Below are positions 1 to 8,919 of a DNA stretch of 23,606 nucleotides, piece after piece. Every line of letters starts with the position of its first letter. Within the stretch, counting starts at the first letter, position 1. The stretch covers positions 1-23,606 of the forward strand of contig JAQBHB010000086.1 in the NCBI GenBank assembly GCA_032128115.1, written 5' to 3'. The notes under the pieces are model-generated. The model was given only the letters and a program-made list of their open reading frames with translations. It did not search any database and was not told where the DNA came from. A program made the position numbers and the translations under genes. The DNA comes from Deltaproteobacteria bacterium. Its GTDB lineage: Bacteria > Myxococcota_A > UBA9160 > SMWR01.

Positions 1-975
1 GAGCTTCTCGAAGCCACAGAGCTCGTCCGCCGTCGCCCCGCCCGGGCGGCACTCGGAATCGCCCTTGTGCTGCATCACCTCCACCACCCGTTCCAGACGC
101 TGGCGCACCCGCGCATCGGCGGCAGTGATGGCCGTGCCGTCGGGTCTCTCGGTCTGGAACATCAGCCCGTTCGAAAGGTTCGAGTTGTGGGGGATGATGA
201 TGGCTTCGCAGCCGTCGGTGCGCGCGAAGCAGCCTTTGTCGATGGCGTCCCAGAGCTTGGGAGCAGTGCCCGCTTCGTACACGCTGGCGGGGAGCCCAGG
301 CACGCGCTCGTTCCGGAAGATGACGTTGCGATGCAGATTGTTGGTATCCACGGCCGCCGTCCACTCGTAAGCCACGAAGGTCGTGAAATCGCACTCGGCA
401 CTGCGATCGTAGGCCCCCTCGGCGGCCTCCTGGATCTCGGTCCAGGGCGTGAGCGCGGCCTGCAGGCAATCGATGCCTTCCTCGCCGCAGAATCCGAAGC
501 GCGTGTCGTGCGACATGGAGGTCTTGGTGTTCATGACGAAGAACGCCATTCGCGGTGCACTTCGGTACATCCGGCACACCCAGGAATCGTGGCCCGGCAG
601 ACCCGGTGTCATGCAGATGTGGGTCTCGCCCAGCATCTCGGCGTGGTCGGTCACTGCGGCGAAGTCGAGCGGGCGATCGAGCTGCAGTCTGCGGAGGGCA
701 TTGCCCGCGGCATTGTAGGGTTGGAGCCCGACGGCCTCGCCACGGGCGAAGCGGTAGGCGTCGCGCGGCGTGTTGCGCGTGCCCTGGGTGCTGGCGTCGT
801 TGGAGAAGACGGTGTGGACGTGCAGATCGCCGAAGAAGACGGTGCGCCGGGCGACATGGCTGCGGCAGGGCATGCGGCTCTCGGTCACCAGATAGGGAAC
901 CGCCGCCGCCGCCAGCGGCGCCAGGCCGACGAGCGCCGCACCGAATGCCCACACTGTTCGCCTGCCCACGCCCAT
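1..975 (-). CDS. DUF3604 / PHP-like metal-dependent hydrolase, secreted (3' end runs off the window)
   Basis: Absent from the ORF track because it has no stop inside the window. Manual translation from ATG 975: MGVGRRTVWAFGAALVGLAPLAAAAVPY (signal peptide), FFGDLHVHTVFSNDA, DAYRFARGE, RPLDFAAVTDHAE, FTTFVAYEWT, NLHRNVIFRN, IPHNSNLSNG, EVMQHKGDSEC. These are hallmark DUF3604 motifs. Confidence 0.9.
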   Translation of the reverse strand, partial: MGVGRRTVWAFGAALVGLAPLAAAAVPYLVTESRMPCRSHVARRTVFFGDLHVHTVFSNDASTQGTRNTPRDAYRFARGEAVGLQPYNAAGNALRRLQLDRPLDFAAVTDHAEMLGETHICMTPGLPGHDSWVCRMYRSAPRMAFFVMNTKTSMSHDTRFGFCGEEGIDCLQAALTPWTEIQEAAEGAYDRSAECDFTTFVAYEWTAAVDTNNLHRNVIFRNERVPGLPASVYEAGTAPKLWDAIDKGCFARTDGCEAIIIPHNSNLSNGLMFQTERPDGTAITAADARVRQRLERVVEVMQHKGDSECRPGGATADELCGFEKL

Positions 976-1087
976 GAGGAGGGGCTATAGCGTGGCCGGG
1001 CCGCCGCCGCCGGGCCACGGCGATTTCGGCGCTTGCCCCCGCCTTGGCGCGTGTGGGAGGATCGCGACGCCCCCCCCGGAGAAACCC

Positions 1088-1525
1088 ATGGACCCCATCG
1101 CCCGATTCCAGCAGTACGCAGACGCTTTCGAGATCTTCTTCGAGAAGGACGACCCGTCGATCCTCGAGCCCTACTTCACCAAAGACGCGGTCTACGAAAC
1201 CAAGGGCCCCGAGGCCCTGTCGGGATGCCACGACGGCCGCCCGGCGGTGCTCGGCTACTTCAAGCAGATCCTCGACGGCCTCGACCGACGTTTCGAGAAG
1301 CGCGAGCTCGAGCTGCGGGAGGGCCCCGAGGAGCGGGACGGCGCGGTGTGGATGCGCTGGCGGGTGACCTACCGAGCCGGCGACGCGCCTCCCCTGGTGA
1401 TGGACGGCGAGGAGACGGTGGAGTTCGAGGGCGACCGCATCCGCCGCCTGGAAGACCGCTTCGCCGACGATGCCGGCGACGCCGTCACCGCCTGGATGAC
1501 CCGACACGGCTCCAAGCTGAGCTGA
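1088..1525 (+). CDS. SnoaL/NTF2-like family protein
   Basis: ATG 1088 preceded by GGAGA. 145 aa with YFTKDAVYE...GRPAVLGYFKQIL...GEETVEFEGDRIRRLEDRF, an NTF2/SnoaL-like pattern. Confidence 0.8.
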   Translation: MDPIARFQQYADAFEIFFEKDDPSILEPYFTKDAVYETKGPEALSGCHDGRPAVLGYFKQILDGLDRRFEKRELELREGPEERDGAVWMRWRVTYRAGDAPPLVMDGEETVEFEGDRIRRLEDRFADDAGDAVTAWMTRHGSKLS

Positions 1526-1539
1526 GACCGGGACCTGAG

Positions 1540-1630
1540 ACGGGGACGGGGTTGACTATTGACTTTTTCAGGGGGGCGACGGCCCTGCGACCACCGAGTC
1601 GAAAAAGTCAATAGTCAACCCCGTCCCCGT
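1540..1630. repeat. Perfect 30-bp inverted repeat with 31-nt spacer (REP/MITE-like element; may also act as a bidirectional terminator)
   Basis: 1540-1569 ACGGGGACGGGGTTGACTATTGACTTTTTC is the exact reverse complement of 1601-1630. It lies between convergent genes. Confidence 0.85.
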
Positions 1631-1631
1631 T

Positions 1632-1958
1632 CTATTCGTCAGCCGCGTCGCCTTCCTGGGGCCCGCGGCCGTACAGCCGGCCCAGCTCGACGCCAAAGCG
1701 CTCGCTTTGATTCGATTTGGCGGTGGCCAGCAGCCACAGCATGGCTTCATCGAGCTCGGGCTCGGGCTTCGTGCGGCGCAGGTTGCGCAGAAAGGTGTCG
1801 CGGTCGAAGACCCGCTGGCTGCGCACCGGCTCCTGCTCGATTCGCTGGAAGAACGCCTCGCGGCGCGACAGCGTGTCGCCGTACACGTCCGCGTCGCCGT
1901 CGCGATCCTTCAGGAAGTTGCGGTAGCCCTGGATGCCCGGATGTTCGTGGCTCGTCAC
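1632..1958 (-). CDS. Hypothetical protein, last gene of operon, possibly C-terminally truncated
   Basis: GTG start overlaps the TetR stop (GTGA). Protein-like 108 aa sequence. Its TAG lies 1 nt from the inverted-repeat element. Confidence 0.6.
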   Translation of the reverse strand: MTSHEHPGIQGYRNFLKDRDGDADVYGDTLSRREAFFQRIEQEPVRSQRVFDRDTFLRNLRRTKPEPELDEAMLWLLATAKSNQSERFGVELGRLYGRGPQEGDAADE

Positions 1959-2599
1959 GGTTGGATCCCCCTTACGAAGATGTCGATGAAGAGTTCGAAA
2001 TTCGTGGTGTCGTCGGCGTCAGCGTCGATGCTTCCAATGAAGAAACCGAACAGGGCCACCAGGAACGTCACCCCCAGTTCCTCGGGCGGTACATCGTTCC
2101 GGATTTCGCCGCGGTCCGCCGCATCCGCGAAGCCATCGGCCACCGCCGAGATGAGCGGCATGGACGAGGGATCCACCACCAACGGGTTGCGCACGTACAT
2201 GGCCATGATCTCGCGGGCGAGCTGCGGATCCTCCACGAAGGTCTGCTGCCCGGTGATGGTGGCCACCACGCCCAGGAGGTATTCCTGCAGTGAGTCGCCG
2301 CGCCGGCCCGCCGCCTCTTCGATGCGCTCCACGATCTGGCTCTCGTGGCGGCGCTGCATCTCGAAGAGCACGTGCTCCTTGCTGGGAAAGTGGAAGTAGA
2401 AGGTGCCCCGCGAGACCCCGGCGCGTTCAGCGATGCGGTCGATCTGGGCCGCCTGGAATTCGGTCTTCCGGAACTCGTCGAGAGCCGCCTGGTACAGGCG
2501 TCCGCGGGTCTCGAGTCGCTGGCGCTCGCGGCGCCCGGGACCGGGGCTGGGGGAATCGAATTGGACGATCTTCGTCATTGAATCTGGTCGTTTGTGCAT
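1955..2599 (-). CDS. TetR/AcrR family transcriptional regulator
   Basis: RRERQRLETRGRLYQAALDEF...IDRIAERAGVSRGTFYFHFPSKEHVL helix-turn-helix. Start is ATG 2599 (TGATG overlap with the MFS gene) or ATG 2578. Confidence 0.92.
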   Translation of the reverse strand: MHKRPDSMTKIVQFDSPSPGPGRRERQRLETRGRLYQAALDEFRKTEFQAAQIDRIAERAGVSRGTFYFHFPSKEHVLFEMQRRHESQIVERIEEAAGRRGDSLQEYLLGVVATITGQQTFVEDPQLAREIMAMYVRNPLVVDPSSMPLISAVADGFADAADRGEIRNDVPPEELGVTFLVALFGFFIGSIDADADDTTNFELFIDIFVRGIQP

Positions 2600-3798
2600 C
2601 AGGCCGGGGTCGGCCTCGGCTCCCGGCGCACCAGCGTCAGGGCCGCCAGGCCCACCACGTTCAGTGCCGCGAAGACCCCGAAGGCCAGGTCGTAGCTACC
2701 CAGGGTGTCGTGGATCCAGGCCGCGAAGACGGGCCCCAGGGCGCCGCCGGGCAGCAGGGCCACCATCATCGCGCCGTAGATCGAGGCCATGTGTGCCACG
2801 CCGAAGCTCTCCACGACACTCAGCGGGAGCACCACGTTCTCCGCCGCCACCGCGAAGCCGTGAACCACCAGGAACGCGATCAGCAGGCCCGGCCAGTCGA
2901 GTTTCAGGAGCATCAGCGATGCCAGGGTCACCAGCCCGAAGGTCACCAGCAGGGCCGTCTTCTTCGGAATGCGGTCGGCCAGGGCGCCCATCACGAGCTT
3001 TCCCGCGATGCCCATGCCCACCATGAAACTGAACAGGGCCGCCGCCGCCATGTCGGACGAGCCCCGATCGCGCAGGAACGCGATCAGATGCTGGATCACG
3101 CCCACGTAGTAGAAGTAGAAAACGAACAACGCGAAGGCGAGGATCCAGAACGAGCGCGTGCGCAGGGCGGCGCGCAGGGGAAGGCTCTGCTCGGCAGGCG
3201 CAGCCGTCGACTCGTCGTCGAAGGCAGCGATCTCTTCGTTCTCGCGCGGGTTGCGCACCAGAAACAGCGAGAAAGGCAGCAGGAAGAGCACGCCACCGAG
3301 CGCCAGCACGAACAAGGCCGTGCGCCACGAAGACTGCGCCGCAATCGCAGTGGCGACGATCGGCACGATCGCTCCTCCAATGTTCGAGCCCGTGTAGATC
3401 ACGCCGAGGGCCAGGCCCCGGCCCCGATCGAACCAGCGCGCAGCCACGGCCCCCACCGGGATGTCGCCCAGCCCCGTGAGCGCGAAGCCGAACATGAACG
3501 TGGTGAGTGCGTAGTGCCCGTGGGTCTGCATGGCGCCGAAACTCACGAGCGACGCGCCCAGAAGTGTGGTGGCTCCCGTCAGCACGACCCGGGCTCCGTA
3601 GCGATCCGTGAGCGCCCCGATGACGGGCGAGGCCAGGGCGAAGGCCAGCACCATGGGACTCGCGCCCAGCGAGAACGCAGTGCGCGACCAACCGAAGTCG
3701 TCGACGATGTCCTTGAGGAAGGTGGAAAAGACGTAGCTGAAGCCCAGCCCCATCTGGCAGGCCACGCAGCCGATCAGGATGACGTACCGGGCGGGCAC
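2599..3798 (-). CDS. MFS transporter (OFA/monocarboxylate-like)
   Basis: About 12 hydrophobic segments. Motif A GALTDRYGAR and GALADRI; DFGWSR; RWFDRGRGLALG. Confidence 0.92.
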   Translation of the reverse strand: MPARYVILIGCVACQMGLGFSYVFSTFLKDIVDDFGWSRTAFSLGASPMVLAFALASPVIGALTDRYGARVVLTGATTLLGASLVSFGAMQTHGHYALTTFMFGFALTGLGDIPVGAVAARWFDRGRGLALGVIYTGSNIGGAIVPIVATAIAAQSSWRTALFVLALGGVLFLLPFSLFLVRNPRENEEIAAFDDESTAAPAEQSLPLRAALRTRSFWILAFALFVFYFYYVGVIQHLIAFLRDRGSSDMAAAALFSFMVGMGIAGKLVMGALADRIPKKTALLVTFGLVTLASLMLLKLDWPGLLIAFLVVHGFAVAAENVVLPLSVVESFGVAHMASIYGAMMVALLPGGALGPVFAAWIHDTLGSYDLAFGVFAALNVVGLAALTLVRREPRPTPA

Positions 3799-3800
3799 CG

Positions 3801-5012
3801 TCAGACGAGGATCTCGCGCGCCTCGAGTTCCAGGGTCTCGTCGTCGTCGAGACCCAGGAAGCCGCGCAGGATCTCGTCGTTGTGCTCTCCCAGATTCGGC
3901 CCCGGCGTGCGGATCGCGGGGGGGTTCTCGGAGAGGCGGATCCCATCGTGCTCGAAGCGCATCTCGCCCAGGTGTACGTGGGAGAGATTCCGGAAGTGCC
4001 CGCGATGCTCGAGCTGGGGGTCCCGGTCGAGATCGTCGGCCCGCTGCACCACACCGGCCTCAACGCCCGCCGCCTGCAATCGCTCCATCAGCTCGTAGGC
4101 GTCGCTGTCGCGGGTGATGCGGGCCAGATGCTCGTCAAGCGCCACCGCGTTCTCGCGGCGCGCCTCGAAGCCGGCGAAACGCGCCTCGCCCGCCAGACCA
4201 TCCTGGCCCAGGGCCCCGCACAGGCGAATCCATTCGTCGTCGGAGAAGACGGCGATTGCGATCCAGCGCTCCTCCCCGCGACACGGATACACGGCGTGGG
4301 GAGCCCCCTGCTCGTCCCCGTTCGCCCGACGCCCCAGCACCTCGCCGCCGGCGCTACAGCGCACGATCATTTCCGACAGACTGTAGACACCGGTCTCCAC
4401 CTGGGAAACGTCGATGTACTGCCCCTCACCCGTGCGTTTGCGGTGCAGCAGGGCCGCCGTGATCAGCAGGGCCACATAGCGGGGCGAGAGCGAGTCGGTG
4501 ATGGTGCCGTGAGGCCCCACCGCCTCGCGATCCGGAAAGCCGGTCAAATGGTTGAAGCCGGCGAGTGCCGAGCCCTGACCACCGAAGCCGGGATACATGC
4601 GCTGGGGTCCCGTCTGTCCGAACAAGCAGCTGCTCACCATTATCAGATCCGGGCGCGTCGCCCGCAGGCTCTCGTGACCGAGGCCCCACTTGGCCATGGC
4701 CCTGGGCGAGAAGTTCTCGGACACCACATCGGCCCACCCCACCAGACGCCTCACCAGATCGACACCTTCCGGCTTCGTCATGTTGATGGCGACGCTCTTC
4801 TTGTTGGCGTTCATCAGGATGAACATGGGCGCGCCGTCGAGGCCAAAGGGGTTGTCGCGGGTCAGGTGGATGGTGCGCAAAAAATCCGGGCGCTTGGACG
4901 ATTCCACGCGCACCACCGTGGCGCCCTGGTCGGCGAAGTAGCGCGTGGCCACCGGGCCGGCGGCGCCGGCGCCCAGCTCGAGCAGCTTGAGTCCCTGAAA
5001 GACACCGGCCAC
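3801..5012 (-). CDS. Family III CoA-transferase (CaiB/BaiF), catalytic subunit (BbsF-like)
   Basis: AGPVATRYFADQGATVVRVES, NANKKS, ADVVSENFSP, GQTGP, GTITD (candidate catalytic Asp), GEGQYIDVSQ, PNLGEHN. Confidence 0.92.
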   Translation of the reverse strand: MAGVFQGLKLLELGAGAAGPVATRYFADQGATVVRVESSKRPDFLRTIHLTRDNPFGLDGAPMFILMNANKKSVAINMTKPEGVDLVRRLVGWADVVSENFSPRAMAKWGLGHESLRATRPDLIMVSSCLFGQTGPQRMYPGFGGQGSALAGFNHLTGFPDREAVGPHGTITDSLSPRYVALLITAALLHRKRTGEGQYIDVSQVETGVYSLSEMIVRCSAGGEVLGRRANGDEQGAPHAVYPCRGEERWIAIAVFSDDEWIRLCGALGQDGLAGEARFAGFEARRENAVALDEHLARITRDSDAYELMERLQAAGVEAGVVQRADDLDRDPQLEHRGHFRNLSHVHLGEMRFEHDGIRLSENPPAIRTPGPNLGEHNDEILRGFLGLDDDETLELEAREILV

Positions 5013-5014
5013 GG

Positions 5015-6229
5015 TTAGATCACGCCTTCCCGAGACAGGGATTCCAGGTCCTGCGCTCTCAGGCCGAGCTCGCCGTAGATTTCCGGGTTGTGCTCCCCCA
5101 CGCGCGGGGCCCGCGTGCGAATCCCGATGCGCGCGCCCGTCGATTTCGCAAAAAAGTCCGGGTGCTCGATCGAGGCGCCGAGCTCCGGGTATTCAAGGGT
5201 GGTGAACAGATCCCGCGAACGCAGCTGGGGCTGCTCCAGGATCTCGCGCGCGTCGTTGCACGGGGCCAACATGATGCGGCGCTCGAGGGCCTGCTCGTAG
5301 AGCTCGCGGCGCGTCTTGCTGGCGAAGAAGGCTCCGAACGCCTCCTCCAGGCGCTCGATCTCTTCTGGCGCAAGCGTGTTGTGGTTGTAGTCGGCCCATT
5401 CGTATTTGCGCAGCCACTCGGGGGCCATGCCCGCTTCGGCCATGTAGGCAACGGTGGCGATCAGGTTGGGGAGCCTTGCGGCGCCGCCCCGCAGGCCGAA
5501 CGTCACGTAGCCGTCTTGCGCCTTCCAGATCTCGCGGGTGTTTCCCAGCCTGGGGCCACTGCGCTGGCGCAAGCGGCCCGAAAGCGCGTACTGCCCGGCG
5601 CCGGTCACCAGGGTGCTGAGCTGGCACTCCTCCAGCGAGACATCCACCAGCTGACCGCCGCCCGTCTGCTCACGTGCGTAGAGCGCCATGGCGATGCCGA
5701 GGGCCGCCTCGGGCGCCGCGTGGTAGTAGGCGGTGGGCAGGCTGCAGCGGACGGGCGGCCGATCCGGGTCGCCGGTGAGGGCCAGGTTGCCCCCCATGGC
5801 CACCACCACCAGGTCGTGGGCGCGGAAGGCCGCGTAGGGCCCCGTCTGGCCGAAGGGCGTGATGGCGCACCAGATCAGCCCGGGCCGGTTGGAACGCAGG
5901 GCCGCGAAGCCGACGCCCCGCGCGTCCATCTCGCCCGGGGCCGAGGTCTCGAGCACGCAATCGGCCAGGCCCACCAGCTGCCGGAACAGCTCCCGGCCGC
6001 GGGAAGACGCAAGCTCCAGGGTGATGCCCCGCTTGCTGGTGTTCAGGGCCAGCCACGGGAGGCTCGCCTCCGGGTCGGCGCCCTCGCCCAGGAATGGCCC
6101 TCGGCGCCCGTGCGGATCGCCACCCGGCGGCTCGATCTTCACCACGTCGGCACCCAGATCGCCCAGGATCTTGCCGGCCAGGAAGCCGCGCTCGTCGCTG
6201 AGGTCGAGGATCCGGATTCCGCTCAGCAC
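5015..6229 (-). CDS. Family III CoA-transferase, probable non-catalytic subunit (BbsE-like)
   Basis: LSGIRILDL, LGDLGADVVKIEPPGGD, NTSKRGITL, ITPFGQTGPY, GGGQLVDVS, APRVGEHN. No Asp at the catalytic position (PTAYYHA). Confidence 0.9.
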   Translation of the reverse strand: MLSGIRILDLSDERGFLAGKILGDLGADVVKIEPPGGDPHGRRGPFLGEGADPEASLPWLALNTSKRGITLELASSRGRELFRQLVGLADCVLETSAPGEMDARGVGFAALRSNRPGLIWCAITPFGQTGPYAAFRAHDLVVVAMGGNLALTGDPDRPPVRCSLPTAYYHAAPEAALGIAMALYAREQTGGGQLVDVSLEECQLSTLVTGAGQYALSGRLRQRSGPRLGNTREIWKAQDGYVTFGLRGGAARLPNLIATVAYMAEAGMAPEWLRKYEWADYNHNTLAPEEIERLEEAFGAFFASKTRRELYEQALERRIMLAPCNDAREILEQPQLRSRDLFTTLEYPELGASIEHPDFFAKSTGARIGIRTRAPRVGEHNPEIYGELGLRAQDLESLSREGVI

Positions 6230-6235
6230 GGAACG

Positions 6236-6244
6236 ATTCTACCA
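6236..6244 (-). promoter_or_regulatory. Extended -10 promoter (TGGTAGAAT) for a leaderless CoA-transferase operon mRNA
   Basis: Minus strand reads TGG-TAGAAT-cgttcc-GTG(6229), i.e. 6 nt between the -10 and the start codon, with no Shine-Dalgarno. Confidence 0.65.
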
Positions 6245-6325
6245 CCCCAGCGGTACCTGCCCCGGCAGCTGCACGCGCTAAAGCCCCGGTGCGGCGGGTT
6301 CGAAGAGACTCAACAGGGGGAATCG

Positions 6326-7225
6326 GTGGGAAACCGGAACGACCAGACCCAGATCTTCGAAGCACCGTCGTGGCTCGAGCGGGAGACCGAGGCGCGCCTG
6401 CGCCCCGTGCTGGTGGTGGTTCAGGGCGAGGACCTGGGGAGGCGCTATCCCCTCACCGAACGGCGTCACATCCTGGGCCGCGATCCCCGGCAGGCGAACC
6501 TGGTGGTGGCGGACTCGGGCGTCTCGGGCAAGCACGCCATGATCCAGCTCGACCACGAGGGCGGGCGCTACGGGCTGATCGACCTGGCCAGCCGCAACGG
6601 CACGTTCGTGAACGGAAAACGCGTGAACGGCGCGGCCCTGCGCGAGGGAGACAAGATCTTCATGGGCAAGACGGTGCTGAAGTTCACCCTCCACGACTCC
6701 ATCGAGGAGGATTACCACAGCCAGCTGGACGAAATGATGCACGTGGACTCGCTCACCGGGCTGTATCTGCGGCGCTGGTTCGATGACCACTACCCCAAGG
6801 CGTTCGCGCGCGCTCGGGAGGCCGGCGTGCCCCTTTGCGTATTCATGTTGGACATGGACGGTCTCAAGGCCGTGAACGACCAGCACGGCCACCAGATGGG
6901 CTCGTTCTGCATCTCCGAGGCGGGCAAGATCATCAAGCGCCACATCGAGCCCAACGGCATGGGTTGTCGCTTCGGCGGCGACGAGTTCGTGGCCTTCCTG
7001 CGAAACTTCGGAATGGACGACGGACTCGAACTGGCCGAGTCGATCCGACGCGACGTGGCCGCATTCGACTTCACGAAGGACGGCGTGACCGTGTCGCCCA
7101 CCATCAGCATCGGCGTGGCGACCCTGGGTCCGGACACGGCGACTGCCGACGATCTCACGCGCTTGGCCGATGAGGCCCTCTACCGCGCCAAGAAGGCCGG
7201 CCGCAACGTGATCGCCGGTCCCTAG
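6326..7225 (+). CDS. FHA-domain diguanylate cyclase (FHA-GGDEF)
   Basis: GTG 6326 after GGGGAA, in frame with ORF 5090..7225. FHA motifs ILGR, VSGKHA, DLASRNGTFVNG. GGDEF domain DSLTGLY, DMDGLKAVNDQHGHQMG, RFGGDEF, ADEALYRAKKAGRN. Confidence 0.93.
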   Translation: MGNRNDQTQIFEAPSWLERETEARLRPVLVVVQGEDLGRRYPLTERRHILGRDPRQANLVVADSGVSGKHAMIQLDHEGGRYGLIDLASRNGTFVNGKRVNGAALREGDKIFMGKTVLKFTLHDSIEEDYHSQLDEMMHVDSLTGLYLRRWFDDHYPKAFARAREAGVPLCVFMLDMDGLKAVNDQHGHQMGSFCISEAGKIIKRHIEPNGMGCRFGGDEFVAFLRNFGMDDGLELAESIRRDVAAFDFTKDGVTVSPTISIGVATLGPDTATADDLTRLADEALYRAKKAGRNVIAGP

Positions 7226-7275
7226 TCTGCGGCGCGCAGCTCGCTCCTCGCCCGAATCCAGCTTCCTCGTCGAAT

Positions 7276-8433
7276 TCAGCTCCGTTTCCGAACCCAGAAC
7301 TGGGCGGCGAGCCAGGCGGCGAACATGGAGAGACTCACCCACCCGCTGACCGGCTGGTGGATGCTCATGCCGGCCCTGCCCGTGAACTGGGTTTCCGCGA
7401 AGAACACGATCTGCAGCGCCAGACACACCGCGGCGGTGGCCGCGAAGCCCGCACCCGTGCGCTCGCGGAAGTGGCGCAGCTGGTCCAGCGCCGCAGGCAC
7501 CACCACGGGCAGGGCGTAGGCCAGGATGCGATCCGTGCTGATGGCAATGGCCAACGACACGTAGACGGCCGCGAGCACCACCCCATCCTCGTAGCGGCGG
7601 CGCCACTCGCGCAACAGGCGCGCGGGAAACAGGAACAGCAAAGGAAACAGCACCCCGAATGTTCCCACCGTGAGCACGTAGGGCTGCAGCGAGAGGAACT
7701 TGCCCAGCCGCGCCTCCATCACCCACACCACGGTGCCCCACGCCGTGTAATCGCCCGAAGGCGTGATCGCCAGGCGGATGGCCACCAGCGCCGCCAGCGG
7801 CAGGGCCGCGACGGCCGCCGTGCGCGTCACGGCCACGACCGGACCTTTGCTCCGGAACAGGCGCAGGAACAGGTACGGCAGCACGAGCAGATACGACTCG
7901 CGGGCCGCGAAACCCACCACACCCACGGGCACCAGCCATCCGAGCCGGTTCTTCTCGATCAGCCAGAACGAAAGTGCGATCAGGAACAGGGCCAGTGGAT
8001 CGGCCATCCAGTACTGGTACTCGTACCAGCGCACCGCGCCCTGCATCAGGCCCACGAGCGCCATGCCCAGCATGGCGTCGTCCCGATCGAATCCCCGCTC
8101 GCGCAGATAGAGAAACAGGAAGACCAGGAATCCCAGCAGCGCCGCGTTGGTAACGGCGTACGAGGCGCCGTCGACGGACGCGCCCGCCCGCTGCAGCCCG
8201 TAGACGATCCACGGCGTGGCCACCCGCCACACGAAGGGCGCGTTTCGCAGGCGCGGCTCTTCGGGCGATCCCGGCGGGCTCAGGGCCAGGCTGCGGTAGA
8301 TGTGGTGGTCGAACTCGGCCACGTGCCGGGCCGAGTGCACGAAGCCCATCCGTGACGACACGTGTGCGACGTTGACGCACAGGATCAGAGCCGCCGCGGA
8401 GACGGCCAGCCAGGTCTCGCGCGAGGCACTCAC
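7276..8433 (-). CDS. Multi-pass membrane protein, possible GT-C-fold glycosyltransferase
   Basis: About 10 hydrophobic segments. First loop EFDHHIY...APFVWRVATP; later DPLALF, ARESYLL and TDRILAYALP. GTG start lies just after the VOC stop. Confidence 0.6.
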   Translation of the reverse strand: MSASRETWLAVSAAALILCVNVAHVSSRMGFVHSARHVAEFDHHIYRSLALSPPGSPEEPRLRNAPFVWRVATPWIVYGLQRAGASVDGASYAVTNAALLGFLVFLFLYLRERGFDRDDAMLGMALVGLMQGAVRWYEYQYWMADPLALFLIALSFWLIEKNRLGWLVPVGVVGFAARESYLLVLPYLFLRLFRSKGPVVAVTRTAAVAALPLAALVAIRLAITPSGDYTAWGTVVWVMEARLGKFLSLQPYVLTVGTFGVLFPLLFLFPARLLREWRRRYEDGVVLAAVYVSLAIAISTDRILAYALPVVVPAALDQLRHFRERTGAGFAATAAVCLALQIVFFAETQFTGRAGMSIHQPVSGWVSLSMFAAWLAAQFWVRKRS

Positions 8434-8434
8434 C

Positions 8435-8908
8435 TCAGTTGTCGGGCTGGCTCGTCCCGTCGATGCCCGGCGCCCACTCGTAGCATTGGACCTCGACCAT
8501 GAGCGGGAGCAGGAAACGGACGTAGAAGTTGTGGAGCTTGACGACCTTGAAATCGTCCATGTGGCGGTCGACGATCTCCACGCGATCGTCGCGCTCCTGG
8601 TATTTGCGGGCCCGCAGCAGCATCTCGTCCAGCTCCTCCGGGGTGCCCACGGACATGCCGAAGTGATCCATGGAATCGCAGCGCATGGGCTCGTCGCCGG
8701 CCACCAGGAACACGAACTGCTCGTTGTCGTAGGCGCGCAGCACCAGGCGTTTGCCGTCCTCGGTCATGCTGGGCATCTCGGTCCAGCCGAAAACCTCCTG
8801 GTAGAAATCCAGGATCTCGCGACGGCCGGTTTCGGCCAGGGCGTCGCCCGGCAGGCTCATGGCCACGTGATTGAATCTGGGGATGCGTCGTTCGGGTGTC
8901 TCGGCCAT
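8435..8908 (-). CDS. VOC/glyoxalase superfamily protein
   Basis: ATG 8908 with GAGGAG ribosome-binding site. FNHVAM...DFYQEVFGW...DHFGMSV...MVEVQ metal-ligand pattern. Confidence 0.85.
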   Translation of the reverse strand: MAETPERRIPRFNHVAMSLPGDALAETGRREILDFYQEVFGWTEMPSMTEDGKRLVLRAYDNEQFVFLVAGDEPMRCDSMDHFGMSVGTPEELDEMLLRARKYQERDDRVEIVDRHMDDFKVVKLHNFYVRFLLPLMVEVQCYEWAPGIDGTSQPDN

Positions 8909-8919
8909 GCGCTCTCTCC

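Noticed and set aside
65..990. Plus-strand ORFs 65..370, 67..990 and 555..977
   Set aside because: Antisense shadows of the DUF3604 gene, with no recognisable motifs.
5090..6325. Long N-terminal extension of the 711-aa GGDEF ORF
   Set aside because: It is the antisense of the CoA-transferase gene; the real protein starts at GTG 6326.
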